Below, piece by piece: positions 10,295-20,000 of a stretch of 20,000 nucleotides of DNA. This DNA comes from Trypethelium eluteriae (taxonomy: Eukaryota). Each line of letters starts with the position of its first letter. Position 1 is the stretch's first letter. Made by a program: the position numbers and the translations under genes. The stretch is taken from the NCBI GenBank assembly GCA_051942245.1, contig JAVECL010000042.1, forward strand, positions 59,220 to 79,219. Direction: 5' to 3'. Below the pieces are notes generated by a model, which did not search any database, was not told the DNA's origin, and saw only the letters and a list, made by a program, of their open reading frames with translations.

Positions 10295-11313
10295 TTATAA
10301 GTTGGTCAAGTAGTCTTCAATCTCTTGAGGACTTAGCTTTCTGAAACGCGGGCCTTGTGCCTTTTCTACGCCTTCGTAACCGAGGAGATGATCCGCAGGA
10401 GGACCAACGATACCTACGTGAATGGTCAGTAAAATCTCTTTTCGAAGATTTCGTGAATCCCCATCTAACTCACCAATCTCCACCGTCTCTCCATTCATCT
10501 CTCCCTCAATCGTCTCCTTCAACGTCAACAACGCAATGTGTACCGCGTCCTCGAGCTCCAAGCCCTCCGTATACCTCTTCTCTAGAAACGTCTTCGCACT
10601 CGTCGCACTCTTCCCTATTGCCGTCGCCTTCCATGGGAAATAACTCCCGCTCGGATCCACCTGGTACAAACTCGGCCCTCCCTTCAATATCCCGCCCGTC
10701 TTCCCCGTCCTCACCGCCTTCCTCTCTGCATCCGTCTCCTCCGTCTCCGCCAAGCTCTTCGTCTCCGGCTCCACCCCATCATCCCACCCAGCAATCAGCA
10801 AGCTCACGCCATACGGCCGCACTCCCGCGCTCTGCGTCGCCTCCTGCATCACACGCGCGACGTCCTGTACCAGGATCCGAGTGGGTGGGTACTCGTTATA
10901 GATGCGCTTGTAGCCCGTGTGGCTGACTTTCCGGGCCTTGTCGACGAGGATGCGGTAGTCTGGTCCCATGCCAGCGTATACCATGCCGCAGTCAGGGGTT
11001 ACGAGCGAGACTTTGGAGGAGGATGCGGCGTCTATGAGGGGAGTGGGGGATTTCTTTTCGGTGGCGAGGACGATGCCATTGCTGGCTTTGATGCCGAGGG
11101 CGGTGACGCCTTGGTTTACGGCGTTGAGGGCGTATTCTATAGGAAAGAGAGTGGATTGTAAGTGGTGGGGTTAAAAAGAGGGCAGCTGAATTACGGACCT
11201 ATTTGAACGAGCTTTCCACTGAGAAGAGTCAGTACGAGAACCTATAAAATTGAACTGGGGAGCTCTTGCCTTGGCGAGAAGGTGGTGAGGGAGAATGAGT
11301 AGCGATCTGCCAT
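10295..11313 (-). CDS. PRE8: 20S proteasome subunit alpha type-2 (Y7), ~281 aa; exons 11313-11270, 11218-11199, 11136-10474, 10413-10295
   Basis: Spliced N-terminus [50 protein letters not shown] is the alpha-2 signature, followed by [20 protein letters not shown] and [20 protein letters not shown]. Phases are consistent (846 nt). Confidence 0.97.
11219..11269 (-). other. Non-canonical GC-AG intron (51 nt) in PRE8
   Basis: Donor AG|GCAAGA, branch CTGAC and acceptor CAG. This junction restores the conserved FSPSGKL. Confidence 0.85.
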
Positions 11314-11373
11314 GGTGGGCGGAAAATGGAGGTGGTGCACAAAGGACCAGGGGTTGGAGATTAGAGGTCAAAG

Positions 11374-11440
11374 AGCTCCAAGGGGAAATGGGAAAGGGAT
11401 TCGAGTGGAATGAGAGACTTTAGATGTGGTGTTTGGAGCT
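11374..11440. promoter_or_regulatory. Two oppositely oriented GGAGCT elements (11374-11379 minus, 11435-11440 plus) in the divergent PRE8 / RING-CH promoter; putative Rpn4-type proteasome elements
   Basis: Both copies extend to TGGAGCTC, and a third GGAGCTC lies at 11259-11265 in PRE8 intron 1. GGAGCT is the motif reported upstream of proteasome genes in filamentous ascomycetes, in place of yeast PACE. Confidence 0.5.
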
Positions 11441-11731
11441 CATCAGGCAGGTTTACCTTGACGCGGCCAAAGTCCGCGATGAGCTACACAGAGCACAGAC
11501 CAACGCCAGCGGGCTCCGGCCCAACTTCATCTTCTCGAAGTGTCCAGATAATCTCACACCAACTAGTCTCCCTGCTTTCTTTTTGTCTCACGCAGGTTAG
11601 CAGCTTCTGCAACCTGCTTCAAGATGAAGTCGGATGGTGCAGACGAGTCGAAACTGCTGAAAGAAGTGGGTTGAATAAAGATTACGGCTATCACACAAAG
11701 CGATTTACCTATTCAAATACGTTACCTTACC

Positions 11732-12826
11732 ATGACTTCCACCAGTAGATATCAGCCGCAGCCGAGCTGGCAATGGCCGAGCGACCTGCCAGGGAAATGG
11801 CAAAACATCAACGAAGATAATGACGGTGACGATAAAAATTTAGGCCCAAGTCCGCCTTCAAGTACGAATGGCGAGCAATCCAACCGTCAAGGCCAGTCGG
11901 AACCCATGGACGAGCAGCGCCATTACAGGCCGAGAACATGCCGCATATGTCTTGAAGCTGTCCCACCTACATATCATCCTCCTTCAGAAAATGTACCAGG
12001 ATTTCTTCAGGGCAAACCGACGGTCACTTACGAGTCTGAAGATGGGGGCAGGCTGCTCCGCCCCTGCAAATGCAAGGGTTCATCCAAGTACGTTCATGAG
12101 GATTGCTTGCAAGCATGGAGGATGCAAGATCCCATGCAAAGGAGAAATTATTGGCAATGCCCTACATGTGGCTTCCGTTACCGACTGGAAAGAATGAATT
12201 GGGCAAGATGGATTGGGAGCACAGGTAATTACCGATCGGGTGTTTCTATACCACAGTGACTTTGCGCTAATTTTCTCTCAAGCTGCCCAGATCAGTCTGA
12301 CAGTCTTCATCTTCGTTGCTGCAATGTTCCTCCTCGGCTTCGTCGCTGACCCTATCATCAACATTTACCTCGATCCGTATTCCACAATCTTCTACGGCGC
12401 TTTCTCTGCCAATCCGGAGCCGATCTTTTCCCATCCACATTATGAAGAAGAGTCATCAAGTTGGGGCGAGCACTTCCTGAAGGGCTTGGCATCTCTTGGA
12501 TTGCTGAGCTTTCTCAAGATGTTCATTACCTCACCCTGGCGTTGGTTCAACTTCCGAGCAAGCCCATTCAGTGGGGGTGGTGGAGCCAGAGCAGGGACGA
12601 CTGGACGGGATAGACTGCAGAACATCAGCTGGTTTGTGGTAGTGATTGGGGTTGCCACGTTTATGTGGGTAGGTATCACCTGCGCTCGTACTTTGGCCTG
12701 GCCAGTTCTAATTGTTTCCAGGGCGTCTGGAAAGGCGTACGATCATGGAGTCGACGAACCCTGCAGAAGGCAGGCGAACGCGTTATGGATGTCGGGAATG
12801 ATGATGGTGACGATGATGAAGAATAA
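11732..12826 (+). CDS. RING-CH (RINGv, C4HC3) membrane-anchored E3 ubiquitin ligase-like protein, ~327 aa; exons 11732-12224, 12283-12668, 12722-12826
   Basis: CRIC...PCKCKGSSKYVHEDCLQAW...CPTC, followed by hydrophobic segments (ISLTVFIFVAAMFLLGFV; GLASLGLLSFLKMF; ISWFVVVIGVATFMWGVW) and an acidic tail. Two phase-consistent introns with CTAAT branch sites. Confidence 0.9.
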
Positions 12827-14340
12827 TGGTACAACTTTGTTATAACCTTGATATCCTGCAAGTTATGCGCTAGTCCTCTCCTTACCCCAATATTGATCTC
12901 ATTTCTTTGCATCATCCAAGCTTCATCACTCTGAAGTGCCATTTGCTTGCATCTCAAGGGGTGGGCCTATTTTCGGGCTCTGATTGCTGTATGCAGTCAA
13001 CTCTTGCCATCAACGTACGAATCCCACGCAAATATGCTCTGAGCCAATTGTTGCCGGACCGCACATTCTTTGAGTTGGCACATCATTACTCCTCCGTGGC
13101 GTGTCAATCAGTCTATGTGCGAAAAATGACGGCTTTCCGAGGGAAAGAGAACGAACGTCTTGTTTGCCTCTTTTCCTTGATTAGTTGAGCGGGCTCATGT
13201 ACATGATGGACTTCAACTATAATTGGTTTTGTCATATCTAGAGTCTCGATACATTATGTTTCAAGAATCGAAAGATTTTTCTGGGAACGAATTAACCTAA
13301 TAGCCGCGTGCTGGTTCGCTCACATCACTTTCAAAGAATGAATGGCGGTGCATCCCTGAAATTAAAATAGGACTTGCGAAGATTCTGTAGATTCGAGTAC
13401 ATCCAAGAAGACGACAGTGTCATGTAATTGTCCGACAGCTTTTGCGTCCTGCAGAGTTATGTTTACGACGATGGCAGCGTATGATTACTAAAGCCCACGA
13501 AATGAAGAGTCGGTCACGGCTGACGAATAGATGGATTTTCGAACAAATGTGCCCACGATGTTGGTCAACAATCCTTCCACGGTCCTAAAAAATGGGTCGT
13601 TGAGAAATGTAGTTGAGCGGGGCCGTGAAGGGTTCTTGGTTGCCTCCGAATTTTCAACTCCTCTCAGCCACATCATGGCAACCTTCACCTTCTACATCCC
13701 AAGTACGCGAGTTGAAGGTTCCGAACACTTCAATTTGACTCTTAGAGAGTTCATCATGAGCTTGATGAAGGCCGAGTATTCGCGCAGTCCTTGGTGGCTA
13801 AGCCTCGAAGAGGAGCTCATCACCTCTCAGAGCCCTCAAGGCAAGAACCAACGACGACGCTCCCACTTCTTGAAAAGTCACACCGAGGTCATGTGAACGA
13901 ATTGTTACTAAAAGAACATGGTGTGTACGGCGGTAACATGCACACAGGCGAACGGGTGTCACGAATGGTGACAGGTCTTCCAGTCTCACTTCATTCCACT
14001 CACTTGACTTGGAGCCTTCGCTTGTGGCGCTATCATACTCAAGAGCATGGCATTTATCACTTGCACGGAAATTAAAGTCTAAGCTGTCCTTGTATTCACC
14101 AACGGGTCCTGTCCGTACACAAACTTTACCCCTCGCTTCTGCCTAGTGTCTTGAAGTTACCAGGTCGCCTTCAGCCTTGTATCCATCCAAGCCTCGCACA
14201 AATCCTTTATCTTTCAGAGCTGCACCTAGTTGTGGCCTTCTTTTCCCCCACGGAGAAGCCTTTCCGGCTGCTGGAGGATCCCGCCTCTGCTAGTGCACTT
14301 GGTCTTTCTCCTCGCCTGACTTGCTTTTCAGCGAACAAAG

Positions 14341-15566
14341 ATGGCGGATGTCATGATGCAGGATCCCTCTGCAGCTACTGAAACTGCTGTTGCTGTGACT
14401 CCTGAGACTTTCACTCACTTCATGGATCTGCCCCTGGAAGTTCGTCGACAGATCTACGCGTGTGCCTCGGAACGCGATTATGGCTCCGAGTATGTCCTCA
14501 AAGCCTGGCTCGACAAAGTCGGTGGTTACGTAGCCGATGCTCAGCGTATCGATTCCCATCATGCCATCGAAGAGATCTCAGAGGATGGAAGTGTTGAGGA
14601 CGGGGAGGAGAACCAGCACGACGATGATGAAGAACAAGATAGCGACGATGAGAATGAAACTGCAGTTGTACATGCTGGAGATGGGCAGGGGCAACAGGCT
14701 GAGGATGAGTTTTCTGATGATGATGAGCAAGAAAGCGATGAGGATCAGGATAGCGTTGACGAGGAAATGGCCGACAATGAGCAAAGCGACGACGAGTCCG
14801 AGGACGATCTAGATAGTGCAGTTGGTGCGAGCGAGAGTGATGAATCCGATCTCCCTGCTCCCGCGCCTCAGCATCCTGTCATTGTGCGCCACACCCCCAA
14901 TCGTCACACGGTCGGTATGTTTGGCCTCAGCGCTTATCCCCCACCCACTGCGCTCCTCCAGGCCGTCAAGAACGAAGTCAAGGAAGGCTACTTCAGTACA
15001 GCATTCTTTTTTATCAACGTCACTGGAGGCATCCGTCATATCACGTTCTTCGAGGAGATCCTACAGATTTTCTGCGACGCCCCATTCTCCCCACTTGAGC
15101 AGATACGTAAGATGCAGATCCGGGTGCACTGGAGCTCAAAGTGGCTCAAGGACCATGAGCGTACTGTTGACGACCAGGGAGCACCCGTCTCCGCGGTCAA
15201 TGTGGAGATTTGTGAATCTATGCTTCTGAAGCGTATCGAGATCGTCGCAGACTTGATTGCAAAGACGATGCCTGAATTGCGCCAAATAAAGGTACGTGGA
15301 TCGTGTCTTAGCTAACTTATTATCAGTCTAACTCTCGCTAGATTTATTGGTATGATGTCAAAATGCCCAAGAACTACAGCATGAATCTGCAAAGTGGAGC
15401 CCTTGCCAAATTCTGGGATACGGTTGGCTTGAACCGAATGAACGATTTGGACCTCACCGTCAAGACCACCTTCTACGAGCCCGACGAGGAGAAGGACCCT
15501 GAGGTGATGGCGATCGAGGCTGAATTCGACCAGATGCTTTCCGCAAGCAATGGAGGCTGGCTCTGA
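14341..15566 (+). CDS. Uncharacterised ~391 aa protein with an N-terminal F-box-like motif and a long D/E-rich tract; exons 14341-15291, 15342-15566
   Basis: THFMDLPLEVRRQIY resembles the F-box/2EXR-type LPxEIR motif, followed by about 90 acidic residues (~14570-14850). A GTACGT...CTAAC...TAG intron joins ORF 14341 in frame to ORF 15363. Confidence 0.8.
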
Positions 15567-16851
15567 ATGTTTTACCTAGTCAATTCAGGCAGTCAAGCGA
15601 GGAATTGGTTTCTTTGTGTTACTGAGCTTCTGCAGCGCGACAAAACAATGGGTAGATCATTTTCACGGGGGAATGGGGTTAAGGATTGAGCGTGAATTGA
15701 AGTCGACCGAAATGCGAGCGAAAGTACAGGCCTAGGGAGATTCCAGAAGAGAAGAGAGCAGATGTTGTTATCAATGGCCGAAGGTGGCTATTTCGATATC
15801 ATCGTCAACATGAAACCTATATCAGTTGCCCTGAACGACCACAATTGAGTCCTTGCTATCAGCCTCGCGCCCACATGGCGATGGAGGCAGGCTCATTTCC
15901 AATCCGCGATGCCCTTGCGTATCTTGTAGTCACTTTTGCGATCGTCGCATCATGTAAGATCGAGTTTCCCACACGACCGTACGAACGCCCCACAGGACCA
16001 TCCCTCCTAGGCTTTCACTCCTTGAGGGTCTGTTTAGATTTCCTGTATCAAGTGCCTTGTCGCAGTCCCTTGAATCCGTCGAGTAAAAGCTTGCTGCGGC
16101 AACTAATACTCCACAGGGGCATGCTATATACGAAAGCTCACAGTGGCCCATTGTGCATTCATAGATCGTTTAATTTATTTGGTTTTGACACCTCTTCTAG
16201 AGGAGTCTGCCAGTTCAGGATCGAAGGCAGCATAGTGAATGAGTTATTCCTTGTCCTGAAGAATTCCTTGGTATCGTATACATTTTTACTATAATTCGGA
16301 AAGCTTGATTTTGTTCCTCTGAAGAAGAAAGGGTCGGCCAGGTTGAGCTGTATTGAAGGGTGAATATATCTTCTGTTTACCCCGATGCAGGCTAATTACC
16401 GTAAGTTCTTAGGTAAAAAACGGGATTGAGTGCTACGTCACTGCGCCATCGCACGGCCTTCCCACCCAAACCTTCTCAGTTAGTCAACAACATATTGATG
16501 TTTGAATGCAGTGAGTTTAAGAGCCTCTTGCGGACCTTCAAGCCTCGTTGGATCGACTACTCTAGTTGGCATACACAGCTGATGGGAGGACTAAACAGTG
16601 GCGATCGTCATCGTGCGTCGCACCTGAGAACGAGCAAGCATAAGGTACAGAGTAACGAGCCTAGACACCCATGTACGCCCATGTATTGAGCGCAGCTGGT
16701 CTACAGCTCATCATGAGATTGGCTTCTCGCGAGGCTGAGTCTCTGTGAGCAGGATGGCTCCCCTCGCGCACCCGATAACTTTGTCCCCTTGACCACAGTC
16801 TTCAAGTCGTCTTGGCCAACAAAGAGCTTGACCTGGAAGGTCGGTAGAGAA

Positions 16852-19075
16852 ATGGATTCCCCGCTGCGTTTGGCCGTATCTAAGTTGAAGTATTCGCCTT
16901 TGCCAAAAAGTGGGGGGTTTCTACGCCTTCTGGATATCCTACCCGGGAAGCATGGAACTATTCTCGAATGTAACATTCGAGTAGCTTCACTGTATTCGCA
17001 ACTGTCATACAAAGCTGTGTCATACGCTTGGTATGCAGATGACGAGGAGAAGGAGGAGGGGGAAGCGTATATTTTGTGCAACGAGGGAATGAGCGTCGCA
17101 CTTCCAAGCAATCTACATTCAGCGCTACATACTTTTCGGAGAACCAACTCCATCGTCACTTTATGGGTCGATTTCTTGTGCATCAACCAGCAAGACATCG
17201 AGGAACGGAGTCAACAGGTCAGGATGATGAGAGCGATATTCTCTCATAGTTCTGAAGTACTCATCTGGCTCGGGCCCAATAGAGCAGGCGACTATCTTGG
17301 CGCAGGACGGGTTGCGCAGGTCTATCAGGTGAGCAATGAAGATTACAAATGCGTCTGGCATAACGACAGCAGTGATGAAGATATGGTCCACTCTTATTTG
17401 GGAGAGTTTGGTCGATATGAAGGCGGAACAACTGAACGATCAAGTCTGGATGTCTTATTCGGGCCAGCCAAAACAGACCAACTAAAATGGTCACAAGATG
17501 TATTTGGTGCTTTCTACGTATTGAATCGACTTGCACAAGGCTTCCGTACCAAGGAACTGAGGGTTCTCCAGACGAGTATGCCGAGTCCTCGTCAAGCCAG
17601 CTGGTCGAAGAAGATTATGAATGCATTTGAGTCTTTCGCCGACGCTTTGTGGGTATGTTGTATTGCTCCTCCATGATGCTACATATAGATTCTTATCACA
17701 CTGCCTTGCGCTAATGCCTATTCAGTGGCAACGAACATGGGTTATTCAAGAAACTGTCTTAGCAAAAAAAGCCACAGTCTACCTCGGACATATGTCGGCT
17801 CCTTGGACAATGCTGTCAAGCGGTGCTGCTGCATATACTCATGAACTCGCGAGTAGTGACCTCATGCTGATTGGTGGCGATGACACTCGTTCTCCACTCT
17901 CATCCCTCGCCAAGGCCATTGTAGATATCGAATCTATCAGAGTCGCGAAAGTAGACGACCTCCGGTTCCCCTTCCTTCTACTACTTAGGCGCTTTCGTAC
18001 GAAGCGGAGTTCAGATCCACGCGATAAAGTATTCGCTCTCCTCGGAATTGCCAATCAACAGATTCAAGATTCTCTCGAGCCGAATTATAACCTAACCAAG
18101 GAAGAAGTGATGTTGCGGACAACAGTTGTGCTGATTTCCGAGAGTCGCTCACTGGAAATCCTTGCTGGGCGTGTTGCTGGCCCTGGTCATGCATGTTCGT
18201 GGACGACAGACTGGGCCCAGTTTCCCGTAGACAACGAGCAGGAGCGTACCAGCTGTCTGCACCTTTATAATGCATCCGGCGGGCTAGCTGGAAGTTTACG
18301 CCTACATGGCAGATCGCTCCTGGAATTGTCAGGCTATTTCGTCGATACCATTTGCTTCCTAACCACGGAGGCACCAGAATACGGGACTGCCCGCATGAGG
18401 GGAGTATTGGCCATGTGGGAAAGTAGCTGGGAACAATGGTCGCGTAGTTCCAAGTATATGGACAAGATGGATGCGTTCTGGAGAACAGTTTCCGGGGATC
18501 TGTTGTACGTTGAGCCGACAGAGCGTTCGCCTTGGTCTGATCAGAAATGTAAATATCGTCGGGCGGACAGTAAAGGGCTGGCGGCTTTCGAAGCATGGAA
18601 GAAGGATGATGTTGGTAAAAGAAATAGGAAATCCTCTTTTGGTCCTGGAGGTTTGGTGAAGAGCTATGTGGAGCCTGAAGAACTGAGTACGCTCAAAAAT
18701 TCATTTTACTATGCAGTCCTTGCTGCTTCCGCTTCGCGCCGGTTCTTCATTACGACGACAGGCTTCATTGGCATCGGGCCGGCAGACATACAGGAAGGCG
18801 ACGTACTCTACATCGTTCCTGGAAGTCGTGTTCCGTTGATTTTACGTCCTTACGAGTTCCGATCGAAGAAGTGTTCGCTACAGCCTATACAAAACCTCTA
18901 CAGCGAATCAGGACATGCGTATGCATCCGCACAACAATGCGCAAGCTATCACGAATCCACATATCCACTGGTTGGTGATGCGTATGTGCATGGAATTATG
19001 AATGGTGAGATCGTCCATCAGTCCCAGCAATCTCAACGCGGTTCTGTCCAACCTTCTACTATCTTCATTTCGTGA
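16852..19075 (+). CDS. HET-domain heterokaryon incompatibility protein, HET-6-like, ~716 aa; exons 16852-17652, 17726-19075
   Basis: HET blocks LRLLDILPG, YKAVSYAW, LWVDFLCINQ.D.EERSQQVRMMRAIF...EVLIWLG and W/WQRTWVIQE (assembled across a GTATGT...CTAAT...CAG intron), then SSDPRDKVFALLG and the HET-6-type C-terminus RRFFIT..G.IGIGP...EGD......GSRVPLILRP...LVGDAYVHGIMNGE. Confidence 0.92.
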
Positions 19076-19557
19076 TGAAAGCACTCGCGTTCTACCTTAC
19101 CTGGCTTATGTGGATCGCATCTGAGCACGGAGTATGTGTAGGGCCTTGGTCTCGAAGGTTATCTTCGCATTGCACAGAGAGGGGAGTCAAAAACGAGGCA
19201 GGTCTATCCTTGTCCTTAGACCATGGGCGGCTGCGCACGAACCATATTTGTAGTATAGACGTTAGACATCTTGAAGACTTTGTAACGTATGATTCACGCT
19301 TGGCATCCAATCAATATGTGAGAATACTTAGCTGAATCATGATATTGATAGTATCAATGCTGTCATGACGAACATGCGAGATCTTCGTGCATCTCTTTGT
19401 CCAACAGGACCCTTAGCAGCCAGGAAATGTCTCTGCATGCATCCGTGAAGCTGCTTGACGGTAAACAAAGAGAGCCATGAAAAGGCAGACTTAAAAGAAG
19501 AGGTAAAGTCTGTCAGAGATCACAGCAGCATATCACCTATATTTCAACGCAATCGAC

Positions 19558-20000
19558 ATGTCAAGAGGACACCATCCGCGCAGGAATAGCGGTCCTCCGA
19601 GGCAGCACACCGAGGTGTCTCGAGCGAACAACCAGCAGAGGAGTGGCAGAATCCATACCACCGGTGCATCACGAAATCGCGGCCAGCCTGGAATAGACAA
19701 TGACAACGGGAAGCACGATATTCCTCAGAGAAACCGCCGACCTCAGCGAGGCAATCCTCCACGAAGGAATAATGGTTCTCAATCAGGTCGTCGACCACTG
19801 AGGAATAACAACTCCAACCCACCTGACGGCAACAACCTCGCTCCTGTACTACGGCCAGACAATAGCAAACACCGAGTTAACCGGCCGAAATTCAGCAATC
19901 CTAGACCCTCTGTCAGAGACCCCAACCGTCCACCCCCAGGCTTCGTCTTCGTCCCCAAAGGCGACGTCTTCATCACCCGCAAATGCACAACTCTATCCTC
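19558..20000 (+). CDS. 5' part of a probable DUF2293-family protein with an R/N/P-rich disordered N-terminus (runs off the right edge)
   Basis: Open frame from ATG 19558 (MSRGHHPRRNSGPPRQ...) to the window end with no stop. It ends in PPPGFVFVPKGDVFITRKC, which resembles the motif I recall N-terminal to fungal DUF2293 domains. The domain itself lies outside the window. Confidence 0.7.
   Translation, partial: MSRGHHPRRNSGPPRQHTEVSRANNQQRSGRIHTTGASRNRGQPGIDNDNGKHDIPQRNRRPQRGNPPRRNNGSQSGRRPLRNNNSNPPDGNNLAPVLRPDNSKHRVNRPKFSNPRPSVRDPNRPPPGFVFVPKGDVFITRKCTTLS

Noticed and set aside
11476..11485. PAC-like motif GCGATGAGCT
   Set aside because: Neither flanking gene is a ribosome-biogenesis gene and there is no adjacent RRPE. 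It is more simply a GAGCT variant or chance.
15845..16320. 149-aa plus-strand ORF, and a stop-riddled minus-strand frame (16318-16142) with an intron-like GTGAGC...CAG suggesting a decayed gene
   Set aside because: The plus ORF starts at TTG with no recognisable motif, and the minus frame has four stops in 59 codons with no identifiable family. A BLASTx search would be needed to call a pseudogene.
1..20000. tRNA, rRNA, CRISPR arrays, transposons or RIP-degraded AT-rich blocks
   Set aside because: I saw no cloverleaf or T-loop contexts, regularly spaced repeats, terminal repeats, transposase or reverse-transcriptase motifs, or strongly AT-rich tracts.

Overview
Gene-dense, intron-containing DNA from a filamentous ascomycete (Pezizomycotina-type GT/GC-AG introns of mostly 45-75 nt with CTRAY branch sites). 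I reconstructed eight protein-coding genes by hand-splicing. In order: the 5' end of tryptophan synthase (TRP5/trpB, minus, truncated by the window), a Gyp5-like Rab-GAP TBC protein (+), Dicer-like 2 (+), 20S proteasome alpha-2 (PRE8, minus), a membrane RING-CH E3 ligase (+), an acidic protein with an F-box-like N-terminal motif (+), a HET-6-like HET-domain protein (+), and the 5' end of a probable DUF2293-family gene (+, missed by the ORF track). No tRNA, rRNA, transposon or CRISPR was recognisable. The most unusual signals are all at the Dicer-2 gene: its helicase Walker A motif reads GKP instead of GKT, a long intron with predicted structure splits the DEAH box and hides a cryptic 3' splice site in a stem, and an out-of-frame upstream AUG overlaps the start. 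Repeated C-rich to G-rich skew flips also appear to shape protein sequence. Family assignments come from motif recognition, not database searches. I did not find a clearly new multi-gene system.
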